A stretch of DNA of 64,000 nucleotides from Narcine bancroftii (taxonomy: Eukaryota): assembly GCF_036971445.1 (NCBI RefSeq), contig NC_091474.1, forward strand, positions 90,582,001 through 90,646,000, written 5' to 3'. Each line of letters opens with the position of its first letter. Position 1 is the stretch's first letter. The notes beneath the pieces were generated by a model. It worked only from the letters and a program-made list of their open reading frames with translations, did no database searches and was not told the origin of the DNA. The translations under genes and the position numbers were made by a program. Of the stretch, positions 49,156-60,948 are shown one piece after another.

Positions 49156-52100
49156 AGGGGTGAAGACTGGTCCCAGGAGACCACTGGTCCCCTGTGCAGG
49201 GAGGAAAGGATGACCCCTGGAGTGCACAGGACCCCAGTGCAGGGAGAGGGACAAAGGTTGGTCCCAGGAGTGCACTGGTCACCAGTGCCAGGAGGGAAAG
49301 GTTAACCCCTGGAGTGCACTGGCCTGCAGTGCAGCAAGAGGGGTGAAGGCTGGTCCCAGGAGGGCACTAGCCCACAGTGCAGGGAGAGGGGCAAAGGCTG
49401 GTCCCAGGAAGGCACTGGCTCGGGTTCTAGGGAGAGGGGAGAAAGCTGGTCCCAGGAGTGCACTGGTCCGCAGTGCAGGGAGAGGGGCAAAGGATGGTTC
49501 CAGGAAGGGACTGGCCCACAGTCTAGGGAGAGGAGTGAAAGCTAGTCGCAGGAGTGCACTGGTCACCAGTGCAGGGAGGGAAAGGTTAACCCCTGGAGTG
49601 CACTGGCCTGCAGTGCAGTGAGAGGGGTGAAGGCTGGTCCCAGGAGGGCACTAGCCCACAGTGCAGGGAGAGGGGCAAAGGCTGGTCCCAGGAAGGCACT
49701 GGCTCGGGTTCTAGAGAGAGGGGAGAAAGCTGGTCCCAGGAGTGCACTGGTCACCATTGCAGGGAGGGAAAGGCTGACCCCTGGAGTACACTGGCCTGCA
49801 GTTCAGGGATAGGGATGAAGACTGGTCCCAGGAGGGCACTGGCCCACAGTGCAGGGAGAATTGCGAAAACTGGTCCCAGGAGTGCACTGGTCCCCATTGC
49901 AGGGAGGGAAAAGCTGACCCTGGAGTGCACGGGAACCCAGTGCAGTGAGAGCGGTGAAGGCTGGTCCCAAGTGGGCACTGGCCCACAGTGCAGGAAGAGG
50001 GGTGAAGACTGGTCCCAGGAGGGCACTGGCCTGCAGTGCAGGGAAAGGGGCAAAGACTGGTTCTAGGAGTGCACTGGTCCTCAGTGCAGAGAGGGACAGG
50101 CTGACCCCTGGAGTGCAGGGAGAGGGGTGAAGTGTGGTCCAGGGTGTGCACTGGCCCACAGAGTAGGGAGATGAGTGAAGGCTGGTCCCAGGTGGGCACT
50201 GGCATTGTTCAGGTAAAGGGTTAAGGCTGTTTGCAGGAGGCCACTGGACCACAGTGCACGGAGAGGGGCGAACACTGGTCCCAGGAATGCACTAATCCCC
50301 AATGCAAGGAGGGAAAGGCTGAGCCCTGGAGTGCACAGGGCCTCAGTGCAGGTAGAGGGGTGAAGACTGATTACAGGATTGCACTGCAGGATGAGAGATG
50401 GTCCCAGGTGGGCACTGGCATGCAATGCAGGTAAAGGGGCGAAGGTTGGTCGCAGGAGACCACTGGACAACAGTGCAGGGAGAGGTGCGAAGACCAGTCC
50501 CAGGAGTGCACTAGTCCCCAGTGCAGGGAGGGAAAAACTGACCTCTGGAGTGAACAGGTCACCAGCGCAGGGAGGGAAAGGCTGACCCCTGGAGTGCAAA
50601 CGACCCCAGTGCAGGGAGAGGGATGGTGTGGTCTGAGGTGTGCACTGGCCCACAGTGCAGGGAGAGGGGTGAAGGCTGGTCCCAGGAGTGGACTGGTCCC
50701 CAGTGCAGTGAGCGAAAGGCTGACCCCTGGAGTGCACTGGTCCACAGTGCAGGGAGAGGGACGGAGGCTGGTCCCTGGAGACCACTGGACTGCATTGCAG
50801 GAAGAGGGGCAAAGACTGGTCCCAGGAGTTCACTGATCACCAGTGCAGCGAGGGAAAGGCTGACACCTGAAGTGCACTGGCCCATAGTGCAGGGAGAGGG
50901 TCGAAGGCTGGTCCCAGGAGACAATTGGCCCACAGTGCAGGGAGAATGGCAAAGGCTGGTCCCAGGAGACAACTGGCCCACAGTGCATGGAGAGGGAAGA
51001 AGACTGGTCCCAGGAGGGCACTGGCCCACAGTGCAGGGAGAATGGCAAAGGCTGGTCCCAGGAGACAACTGGCCCACAGTGCATGGAGAGGGAAGAAGAC
51101 TGGTCCCAGGAGGGCACTGGCCCACAGTGCAGGGAGAGGCGAATACTGGTCCCAGGAGTGCACTAATCCCCAGTGCAGGCAGGGAAAAGCTGACCCCTGG
51201 AGTGCACAGGACCCCAGTGTAGGTAGAGGGGTAAAGGCTGGTCCCAGGAGGGCACTGGACCCCAGTACAGGGAGGGAAAGGCTGACCCCTGGAGTGCACA
51301 GGACCCCAGTGCATAGAGAGGGGTGGTGTGGTCCGAGGTATGCAATGGCCCACGGTGCAGGGTGGGTGTGAAGGCTGGTCCCAGGAGTGCACTGGTCCCT
51401 AGTGCAGGGAGGGAAAGGCTGACCCCTGGAGGGCACAGGACCTCAATGCTGGATGAGAGGTAAAGGCTGATACCAGGATTGCACTGGCCTGCAGGGCAGG
51501 GAGAGGGGTGAGAGCTGCTCCCAGAAATGCACTGGCCCACAATGAAGGTAAAGGGGTGAGGACTTGACCCAGGAGGCCACTGACCCACAGTGCAGGGAGA
51601 GGGGCGAAGACTGGTCCCAGGAGTGAACTGGTCCCAGTGCAGGGAGGGAAAGGCTGACCCCTGGAGGGCACTGGCCCGCAGTGCAGGGAGAATTGTGAAG
51701 ACTGGTCCCAGGATTGCACTAGTCCCCAGTGCAGGGAGGGAAATGCAGACCCCTGGAGGGCACTGGCCCGCAGTGCATGGAGAATTGCGAAGACTGGTCC
51801 CAGGATTGCACTAGTCCCCAGTGCAGGGAGGGAAATGCAGACCCCTGGAGTGCACAGGGCCCCAGTACAGGGAGAGGGGCGAAGACTGGTCCCAGCAGTG
51901 AACAGGTCCAAGTGCAGGGAGGGAAAGGCTGACCCCTGGAGTGCACTGGCCCAGAGCAGGGAGAGTAGCGAAGGCTGGTCCCAGGAGGGCACTGGTCACC
52001 AGTGCAGGGAGGGAAAGGATGACAACTGGAGTGCACTGCCCCACAGTGCAGGTAGAGGGGTGAAGGCTGATCCCAGGAGACCACTGGCCGGCAGTGCACG

Positions 52101-52420
52101 GAGAGGGGCGAAGACTGGTCCCAGGAGACCACTGGCCCGCAGTGCAGGAAGAGCGGTGAAGGCTGACTCCTGGAGTGCACTCGGCCACAGTGCAGGGAGA
52201 GGGGCGAAGGCTGACCCCTGGAGTGCACTGGGCCACAGTGCAGGGAGAGGGGCGAAGGCTGACCCCTGGAGTGCACTGGCCCACAGTGCAGGGAGAGGGG
52301 CGAAGGCTGGTTCCAGGAGGGCACTGGCCCGCAGTCTCGGGAGAGAGGCGAAGGCTGGCCCCAGGAGTGCACTGGTCCCCAGTGCAGGGAGCCGGGTGAA
52401 AGCTGATCCAAGGCTGCAGT
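49156..52420. repeat. Tandem minisatellite of 48- and 44-bp units (roughly 70 units) with higher-order structure
   Basis: Consensus close to gaaggctggtcccaggagTGCACTGgcccaCAGTGCAgggagaggggc; 48-bp period at 52158/52206/52254, 44-bp at 49267/49311, 284-bp higher-order repeat at 49277/49561, 96-bp at 50941/51037. Confidence 0.97.
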
Positions 52421-53125
52421 GAGCAGTCGATGTTTCAACAGTTGGCTGAGCTCACGTCAGTCTGACCGCAGGGGAATCTCAGGCTGTCGCGCAATTTGGG
52501 GAAAAGACAATCCCATTCGCAGCAATTTCGTGCAAAGCAGCAATAGAGAAAGCGAGCCTCTGGGCTGCAGCAGGACGCCTGAGTGGGCTGCATTTTATTG
52601 TGGGGAGGGAGATCGTTCATGACCGGGACATGGCGACGTGTGGACGCGGCGTTTGCAGCTCGGCGCTGGCTGCCTTGCTGTTCCTCGCCGCCCGCTGCTC
52701 CTGTTCTCCCGGCCGGCAGGACAACGCCGAGGGCGACCCGTCCTGTCACGGAGCGTTCGACCTCTACTTTGTCCTGGATAAGTAAGTGAAAGCCCCCCCT
52801 TCCCCTCCAAATCCGTGTGCCGCGCTTTTCCGCCGCTTCCCCACATGCGAAGGGCCAACTTTATATTTGCTTTTGTGCTTCGTATTTGAACGGCCAAGGT
52901 GCGGGGAAGGTGGGTGGGGAGGAGGGAGAGAGGGGGGTGGTGCGAGTCTGCGACACAGTCCTTTAAACACCCCCCCCCACCCCATTCCCCGGTGTAAGGT
53001 CTCGTGGATACTGTGGCTCCCGGGGTTGGGGGCGTCGCGGCTCCCGCGGGGGCGTGTGGGGGGGGGGGAGCGCGGAGGTGAGGGAGCGGCTCGGTGTCGC
53101 GCGTCCGCTGGGCGAGGGGACGGTG
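52420..53125 (+). promoter_or_regulatory. CpG island / promoter region of the ANTXR-like gene
   Basis: GC-rich, CpG-dense segment spanning a signal-peptide-coding first exon. Confidence 0.65.
52630..52781 (+). CDS. ANTXRL: Anthrax toxin receptor family gene (ANTXR1-like sequence; ANTXRL position by synteny), first coding exon
   Basis: gacATGg; signal peptide, then PSCHGAFDLYFVLD-K|gtaagt matching the ANTXR vWA-domain start (C..xFDLYFxLDKSGS); 152 bp, phase 2. Family is secure; the paralog name comes from synteny only. No downstream exon was recognised in the window. Confidence 0.85.
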
Positions 53126-54030
53126 GGTGAGGTACGTGGGTGGTGGGTGAGATAGTTGGTGAGGTAGATGGGCAGTGGGTGAGGTCTATGGGTGGTGGGT
53201 GCTATAATTGGTGAGGTAGGAGGGTGGTGAGTGAGGTCTGTAGACAGTGGGTGAGGTAGGTGGGCGGTGGGTGAGGTCTATGGGTGGCGGGTGAGAGTTG
53301 GTGAGGTAGATGGGCAGTGGGTGAAGTCTATGGGTAGTGGATGCTATAGTTGGTGAGGTAGGAGGGCAGTGAGTGAGGTCTATGGACAGTGGGTGAGGTA
53401 GGTGGGCAGTGGGTGAGGTCTATGGGTGGTGGGTGAGATAGTTGGTGAGGTAGATAGGCAGTGGGTGAGGTCTATGGGTGGTGGGTGCTATAATTGGTGA
53501 GGTAGGAGGGTGGTGAGTGAGGTCGAAAGGCAGTGGGTGAGGTAGGTGGGTGGTGGGTGAGGTAGGTGGGCGGTCGGTGAGGTAGGTGGGCGGTGGGTGA
53601 GGTAGGTCGGCGGTGGGTGAGGTAGGTGGGCGGTGGGTGAGGTAGGTGGGCGGTGGGTGAGGTAGGTGGGCGGTGGGTGAGGTAGGTGGGCGGTGGGTGA
53701 GGTAGGTGGGCGGTGGGTGAGGTAGGTGGGCGGTGGGTGAGGTAGGTGGGCGGTGGGTGAGGTAGGTGGGCGGTGGGTGAGGTAGGTGGGCGGTGGGTGA
53801 GGTAGGTGGGCGGTGGGTGAGGTAAGTGGGCGGTGGGTGAGATACGTGGGTGGTGGGTCAGCCAGTTGGTGTGGTAGGAGGCCGGTGGATGGTCTATGGG
53901 TGGTGGGTGAGGTGTATGGGTGGTGGGTCAGCTAGTTGGTGAGGTGGAGGCTGGTGAGTGAGGTCTATGGACAGTGGGTGAGGTAGGTGGGTGGAAGGTG
54001 AGGTCTATGGTGGTGGAAGTGGGTGAAATA
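53125..54030. repeat. G-rich minisatellite, 20-bp unit GGTAGGTGGGCGGTGGGTGA
   Basis: Near-perfect 20-bp period across ~53540-53840, with diverged variants on both sides. Confidence 0.95.
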
Positions 54031-55934
54031 TATGGAGGGCATTGTGAAACTGACAGTGGGTGAGACAAATGGGCGATGGGAGAGAAGCAAGTGCACTGAA
54101 ACAAATGAGGAGGGGCAGGTGGGATTCTAGCACTGGATGAGAAAATCCCATTGATGGAGACTGTGATGAGAAACATTGGCTGAAGGTCTCTATTGGTTAC
54201 TGGTTGATATGAACAACTATAAACAGTTGACATAAAGGTGCAATTGGGTGAGAAGTGCCTTCAGTGACAGAGAATCTGATTAGTGGGGAATGAGAGATAT
54301 GTTTGGCTCCTGGCTGGAGGGGAACCACTCACAAAGGTGGAGACAGCTTTGTCCAAGGGGCCTGTTTCTGTGCTATAGTGTTCTATAGTTAAAGATGAAG
54401 TTTGAGAAATGATGATGGAGGTGCGGAATAATGTCCTTGTTGAGTTCCTGGTAGTAAATGGGGCACCACTAATGGATGAGGTAAAAGATCATCTGTAGAT
54501 GACAAATCTTTTATGAATCTGATGGCACAAGAGCAGGAGCCATTTATTCTTATTCTACTTTGATACCAGTGCCGCTGGCTATGTCTCAACACTGAAGGTG
54601 GCACTCACTCCCTGAAAATTTCTCTCCATTGTGGTATTTCTCAGACATAGTAATGGTTTAAATATTTTCAAAGAATGTGACTGAAAATAAGATGCTTTAA
54701 GTTTCATATATTCATGGAAATGACATTTGTTCTGTGTAAGTACAGTATACAGGTTCTCCTGTATGGGTTTGCTTTCTGGCAAATCCATCTTGCGTCAAAA
54801 AAGAATACCACATCGACCATTTTTTTGTAATTAAGTTTTTAATCCCTTTGTCGCACACTGAAAACGCCATTAGCTGCTCACGGTGGTTGAGTCGGCATCA
54901 CGAGAGAGTACGCTGTATGATACCCTCGCACGATGCTACCATTGCCCAGCGTCATGAGAGAGTAGCGTAGCGCATATTAGGGATTTGAAATTGAAAGTAT
55001 AGATTCGAACCATCATAACTGAAAAACTGTAAGTCAGACTATTGTAAGTAGGGGAGCACCTGCAATAGTTCTGTATTTTAAACTGTTTATTCTTAATGCA
55101 GGGTATTAGGCATTCTAAGTCTCAAGCAATTGGAAAACTTGCTTATCCAGCATCTGCCAGATTTTTTTTACTGTAAATATCTCTCAGCAAATAGTGTTTC
55201 CCATACTCCGGGATACTATCCATCAGCCACGAGAAATTCAGGACCAGTATCTCATGGGTTTTTCAACTATCCAGTACCAATGTATGTCAGCCACTGTCAG
55301 TGTTTCTCCCACAAGGCCATTACTGCAAGTATTTCTCATTCTCTGTCTGCATTTCACCCATTGGCAGTTATTCCCCCCACCGCCCCCCCCCCCCCCAGTC
55401 GAAGTGTCCTTCATCTATTCATTGTTTTTCAACCTGTGTCAGTGAGAAAAATAACACAAAGATTGAATGAGTGCACATTGGGGAGAAGCGTGACCTTTGG
55501 ATGCTGCTGCTGTGTGAGTGATACAGGTCACTGAGTGAGTGGTACTGGCACTGGTGGGAGTTGTTGAGGAATCTTGTTCATCAGTGAGAATCACCATAAT
55601 GGAGAATACTTGCAGTCTCTCACCGAGTTGGCACTTTGGTCTGCCTGAAACCTGTTGGTCTTTTAGTACATGGAAATGTTGGCGCAGGACTGGCACATTC
55701 CAGGCTGGAGGAGTACATTGCTAAGGGATGCACAGAAGCTTAGTGCACAGAAGCTTAGGGTGTAGTGGGGAAGGACCACAGCCTAAAGCCCTTCCATTAC
55801 CAGCCATTGTAGAGCTAAGACTGAGGGGAAGCTCTCAAATAACAGAGGGAGGGAGAAGTAACAAGGTGCCACAGAGTTGGTAATGGTGTATTTAGAGAAC
55901 AAGTGTAACAAAATTCATTGATAAGAATATATGG

Positions 55935-56400
55935 ATATGATTTCAGGTTTATTGTTAGAGAGCAAACATGGCATCACATACAACCCTGAGATTCTTTTTC
56001 CTGTAGGTAAGCAGAATTACCACTTATTGGCAGTGTTTTTAAAAAAAACTGACTCAACATTCATGTGGAAGCAAATAAAGAAATATAAACAAACTATGCA
56101 ATACAGAGAGAGAGAAAAAGTGCAAAAGTAAGTTTCTGATTGAGTTTGTTATTGAGGAGTCTGACTGTGGAGGGGGAGCAGCTGTTCCTGAACCTGGTGG
56201 TGCGAGTCTTGTGACACCTGTACCTCTTTCCTGATGGCAGCAGTGAGAACAGAGCATGTACTGGGTGGTGTGGGTCCTTGCTGCTGCTCTCCAACGGCAG
56301 CGTTCTCGATAGTGGGGGGGGATTTTACCCATGATTTCCTGGGCTGTGTCCACTACCATTTGCAGGGTTTTAGGCTGGGGGCTATTGGTGTCCCCATACA
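55935..56400 (-). mobile_element. Rex1/Babar-like LINE 3-prime end
   Basis: KDPHHPVHALFSLLPSGKRYRCHKTRTTRFRNSCSPSTVRLLN. Confidence 0.8.
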
Positions 56401-56556
56401 AGACCAGAGGGCTATGCGTGTGAAAAGACTTTGAACGGTTTTTCTTTTTTGTAAATAATTTATTGTGAATAAAGTCTATTTTTGGAAAGAAATAACCGCA
56501 GAGGGAGATAAACCATCACAGGAGGGGAGGTGCTGCCACAGGGTGAACATGTACTT

Positions 56557-57727
56557 CACACATGTCAAACTCTGGCCCGCGATATAATTATATTTGGCCC
56601 GCAAGATCATTTCAAAAATGTATTAGAGGTGGCCTGCCCTGCAGCGAGAGCCGATGCTATTTTTTGGTAATGTCACCCCCACCATCCTCCCCCTTCATTG
56701 CACATCCTTCCCCATTGTAACATGAGAAATTGTAACACGAGAAGTCTGTCGATGTCATCAGCCGGCAAGCCAGTTTGAAGGCTCCCCGCACAACCAGTCA
56801 CTTCTCCCACCTGTCGAGCGGTGCGATGGATTGGCGAGCGCCTGTGATTTCCTGTCGGCGCGACGGGCATGGCAGGCTGCGCATGGCCCCCGGGCAGCAC
56901 GAGCCCCGCGCGACTGGCACTGGACGGCCCTTCCACAGCGCGAGCGCACTTCTCCTGGTCGCCACGGCCTTCAGCGCTTGCACCCGCGTGGACCCCAGGG
57001 ACGGCTGGTTCGGCCCTGCATGTGAAGAGAGAGATGGTGGCTGTCTGCAAAGGCTGATTGGCAGCGCGCTGGGCCTGAGTGGGTGGGTAAGCAGGGGTGG
57101 GCAGAGGGTGTAGGTGAGGAGTAATGGGCAGGGGAAGTTATGGTGATGCGAGGGGCAGTTAGAGGGAGGGATGAGTAGAAGGAGGGGTGGATAGGGAAGA
57201 GGTAAAAGGGGAGGGGCAGGGCGAGTAGGGGAGGGGTGATTAGAGGGTGAGAGACGGGTAGAGGGAGGAACAGGTTGAGGGGAGAGGCTGTAGAGGGGCA
57301 TGTATAGGATGGGGTGGGTAGAGGCAGAGCGAGTGGAGTGAGGGGTGAGTAGAGGTTGGGTAAAGGACTGGTCAGGTAGAGGGATGGTGGGTCGAGGGTG
57401 AATAGAGGCCTAGAGCCTGAGGAGTGAGCAGGAAATGCTGAGTCCTGATGCAGGCCAAAATGGACACAGCCTGTGAATGCTGACTACATCTCCACAGGAC
57501 CAAATATGTTTCCCTCAGGTCAAGCAAAGGGTGAACTTGAGCTACCTACTCCTGACCTGTAACATTATCCTCCTAAAGTTATATCCTAAAGTTTAACATT
57601 ACATATGTTGAAAGAAGAGAAAACATGCAGATGTTGTTGAAAATTTTCAATAAATATTTAGTTCGGCCCTCGACTTAGTCCAAGTTTTTAATTTTGGCCC
57701 TCCGTGAATTTGAGTTTGACACCCCTG
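56557..57727. mobile_element. Non-autonomous hAT DNA transposon, 1171 bp
   Basis: Perfect 8-bp TSD ATGTACTT at 56549-56556 and 57728-57735; termini CACACATGTCAAACTC / GAGTTTGACACCCCTG; subterminal ggccc motifs. Confidence 0.88.
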
Positions 57728-58903
57728 ATGTACTTGGTACTTGAGTAAGGATGTCTGGTATGGGCAGAGATATCAATGCTGAAGGAGAGGTGAAAGAATA
57801 ACATTGGAACTGAATGAAAAATACCCCAGCAATAGTTATGAGATGGAGTGCATTAAGTAATGTTTCTGTTGTAAAATGAGGAAAATGCTAATGCGATTGA
57901 CCTCAAGTAGACTACCTGTGATGAGAAATCCTCATACAAAAAGGAATGCCATTGACTGAGAGAGGACTGGATGAGGGACATTTGTGCCTTAAGTGAACCT
58001 GTGACTGGTAAAGAAAGCCTTTCCAAGTGTAAGGTACATTTAGGATTCATGACACTGAGACACACCGTTGTCACAGATGAAAGACATAGGAGTTGGTACT
58101 GGTAGTAAAATCTTGGCCAAGGATGATAGATTGTCCACTTCCGGACTGCTGTCTGTAAGGAGTTTGTTTGTCCTCTCCGTGTCTGCGCAGGTTTTCTCCG
58201 GGGGCTCTGGTTTCCTCCACCATTCAAAACGTAAATTGGGCAGCATGGACTTAAGGGCCGAAATGGCCTGTAACCTTGCTCGATGTTTAAATAAAACCTC
58301 AGTAGCACCAGAGTCAGAATTTCTGAAATTTAATACAAGTTTTGAAACTCCAAGGCTGAGTGAATCTCAGTGAAATCAAATCTAAAACTACAACTGTAGT
58401 TACAGCATAACCTGAAGGATTTACTCATTTTCTTTTCAGGAAGTTGACAATCTTTCAATTTACTGCATGCCTATTCCAAAATGCTTACGCTGCACAGCGC
58501 TCTGTATATTCCAGCATTAACTTCTATTCCCCTCCATTGTTCTAAGAAACTCTCCCTGACTCCATACATCCCAGCAGTGCTGTTTTACATCATTGCACCT
58601 GGAGTGCTCGAAGGTAGGCAGGTGCCTTGTTCATCCATAGCATCCATCAAATTTGCAAACAGATTCTTGACATGGAGCAGGTCATGAAGAAAAGGTTTTT
58701 TTTTTCTTGACTTTGATCTCATCTAACCAAGTCCAGTCTTGTCCTACTCTGACATCTGAATGAGCAGTTATAGTATGGGCTGTTGAAAACTATTGAAATG
58801 CAGACATCCTCAATCATCAAATACCAGAGACTGATCTCAAGCATTTTCTTTCTGCTCACCCACCTGTCTTTATTCTACACTGAGCCAATAGTTGAGCAAA
58901 TTA

Positions 58904-59490
58904 CCGTATAATCTCATGTAATAGTCGATACCATGTAAAATTGGCCCCCTATTTCCATATATCACGTAAAAGTTGACCACCCCTCCTATTTTTGGCCACA
59001 GTTTCCCAACCACCAGAGCTTATGGACTCTTGCCTAGGCCCCGGCTGAGACCATCCGAGCTACTGACACCCTGACCACGGACTTGCACCTAGGCCCACAA
59101 GAGCTTCCGACACTTCAGCTGCAGACTCTCGTCTACACCCTGGCCACCCATCTGAGCTGATGACATCTCAAATGCAGACTTACTGCACAGTCTCGGACAC
59201 ACACCTATCCAAGCTTCCCGAACCCGAAATTACCACCTGGTTACCCCCCCCCCCCCCCGCCCATCTGAGCTCTCGATGCCCTAAATGTGGACTTTCCACT
59301 TGGTTCTCGCCCTCTCATCCGAGCTCCCAAGGCCCCAAGGTGGGCTTCCTACCCTGATCCACCTGCCCACCCACCCGGGCTCACAATGCCTCGAACGCCA
59401 CAGGTACTTACCACAGTCAAAAGCAGTATGCATTTAGTAGTCAACCCCTAAATTTTACTCTAAAAAAAATTGTCCAAAAAATTCAATTGC
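58904..59490. mobile_element. Tc2/pogo-like non-autonomous element, right end eroded
   Basis: Begins TA|CCGTA..tgtaatagtcga; colinear with 20150-20688. Confidence 0.5.
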
Positions 59491-59828
59491 TGGAGAGGTG
59501 AGGACTGGGACCTGGCAGAAGATATGGAGTGTGAGACTTTTCTCATGGGTGGCAGAGATTGTGGGTTTGTGCTTTTTAGCATTGCATCAAGCCATTTTGA
59601 CATTGAACTATTTAATTGGGCCTTTACTGCAATTTTGTTCCACAAGTTTAACAACTGGCAATAAGCAATGCTGCCCTGGAATGTTGCCGAGATTGTGTAT
59701 TCTGGGTCGGGAATGGGGAAGGGGGGAAACTGAGTAAAAAAAAAACTCCACAGCACTGAAAAGAGAATAGACATGAATTTAAACAGTTTAAACACTCAAG
59801 GAAATATTTATGTGCCTTGTATACATAT

Positions 59829-60948
59829 CTTTGGCTTGGCTTCGCGGACGAAGATTTATGGAGGGGGTAAAAGTCCACGTCAGCTGCAGGCTCGTTTGTG
59901 GCTGACCAGTCCAATGCGGGACAGGCAGACACGGTTGCAGCGGCTGCAGGGGAAAATTGGTTGGTTGGGGTTGGGTGTTGGGTTTTTCCTCCTTTGCCTT
60001 TTGTCAGTGAGGTGGGCTCTGCGGTCTTCTTCAAAGGAGGTTGCTGCCCGCCAAATTGTGAGGCGCCAAGATGCACGGTTTGAGGCGATATCAGCCCACT
60101 GGCGGTGGTCAATGTGGCAGGCACCAAGAGATTTCTTTAGGCAGTCCTTGTACCTTTTCTTTGGTGCACCTCTGTCACGGTGGCCAGTGGAGAGCTCGCC
60201 ATATAACACGATCTTGGGAAGCCGATGGTCCTCCATTCTGGAGACGTGACCCACCCAGCGCAGCTGGATCTTCAGCAGCGTGGACTCGATGCTGTCGACC
60301 TCTGCCATCTCGAGTACTTCGACGTTAGGGATGAAAGCGCTCCAATGGATGTTGAGGATGGAACGGAGACAACGCTGGTGGAAGCGTTCTAGGAGCCGTA
60401 GGTGATGCCGGTAGAGGACCCATGATTCGGAGCCGAACAGGAGTGTGGGTATGACAACGGCTCTGTATATGCTTATCTTTGTGAGGTTTTTCAGTTGGTT
60501 GTTTTTCCAGACTCTTTTGTGTAGTCTTCCAAAGGCGCTATTTGCCTTTGCGAGTCTGTTGTCTATCTCATTGTCGATCCTTGCATCTGATGAAATGGTG
60601 CAGCCGAGATAGGTAAACTGGTTGACCGTTTTGAGTTTTGTGTGCCCGATGGAGATGTGGGGGGGCTGGTAGTCATGGTGGGGAGCTGGCTGATGGAGGA
60701 CCTCAGTTTTCTTCAGGCAGTTTCCGCAAAGCAGGACGTCAAGCGCTGAAGAGCTGGCTCTGAATGGGCAACTTAAGCGGCATCATCTGCAAAGAGTAGT
60801 TCACGGACAAGTTTCTCTTGTGTCTTGGTGTGAGCTTGCAGGCGCCTCAGATTGAAGAGACTGCCATCCGTGCGGTACCAGATGTAAACAGCGTCTTCAT
60901 TGTTGGGGTCTTTCATGGCTTGGTTCAGCATCATGCTGAAGAAGATTG
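59829..60948 (-). mobile_element. 5-prime-truncated RTE-clade LINE, 1120 bp
   Basis: TSD ATACATAT at 59821-59828 and 60949-60956; minus strand YRTDGSLFNLRRL..VRELLFADDAA(stop) and C-terminal CSRCNRVCLSRIGLVSH finger. Confidence 0.92.

Noticed and set aside
49156-52420. CRISPR-like appearance (regular palindromic repeats)
   Set aside because: There are no unique spacers: the sequence between dyads is itself repeated. No cas genes are present and the context is vertebrate.
49279-52438. Many long ORFs on both strands (up to 277 aa)
   Set aside because: By-product of a 48-bp (multiple of three), stop-poor repeat; frames shift at each 44-bp unit and the peptides resemble no recognisable family
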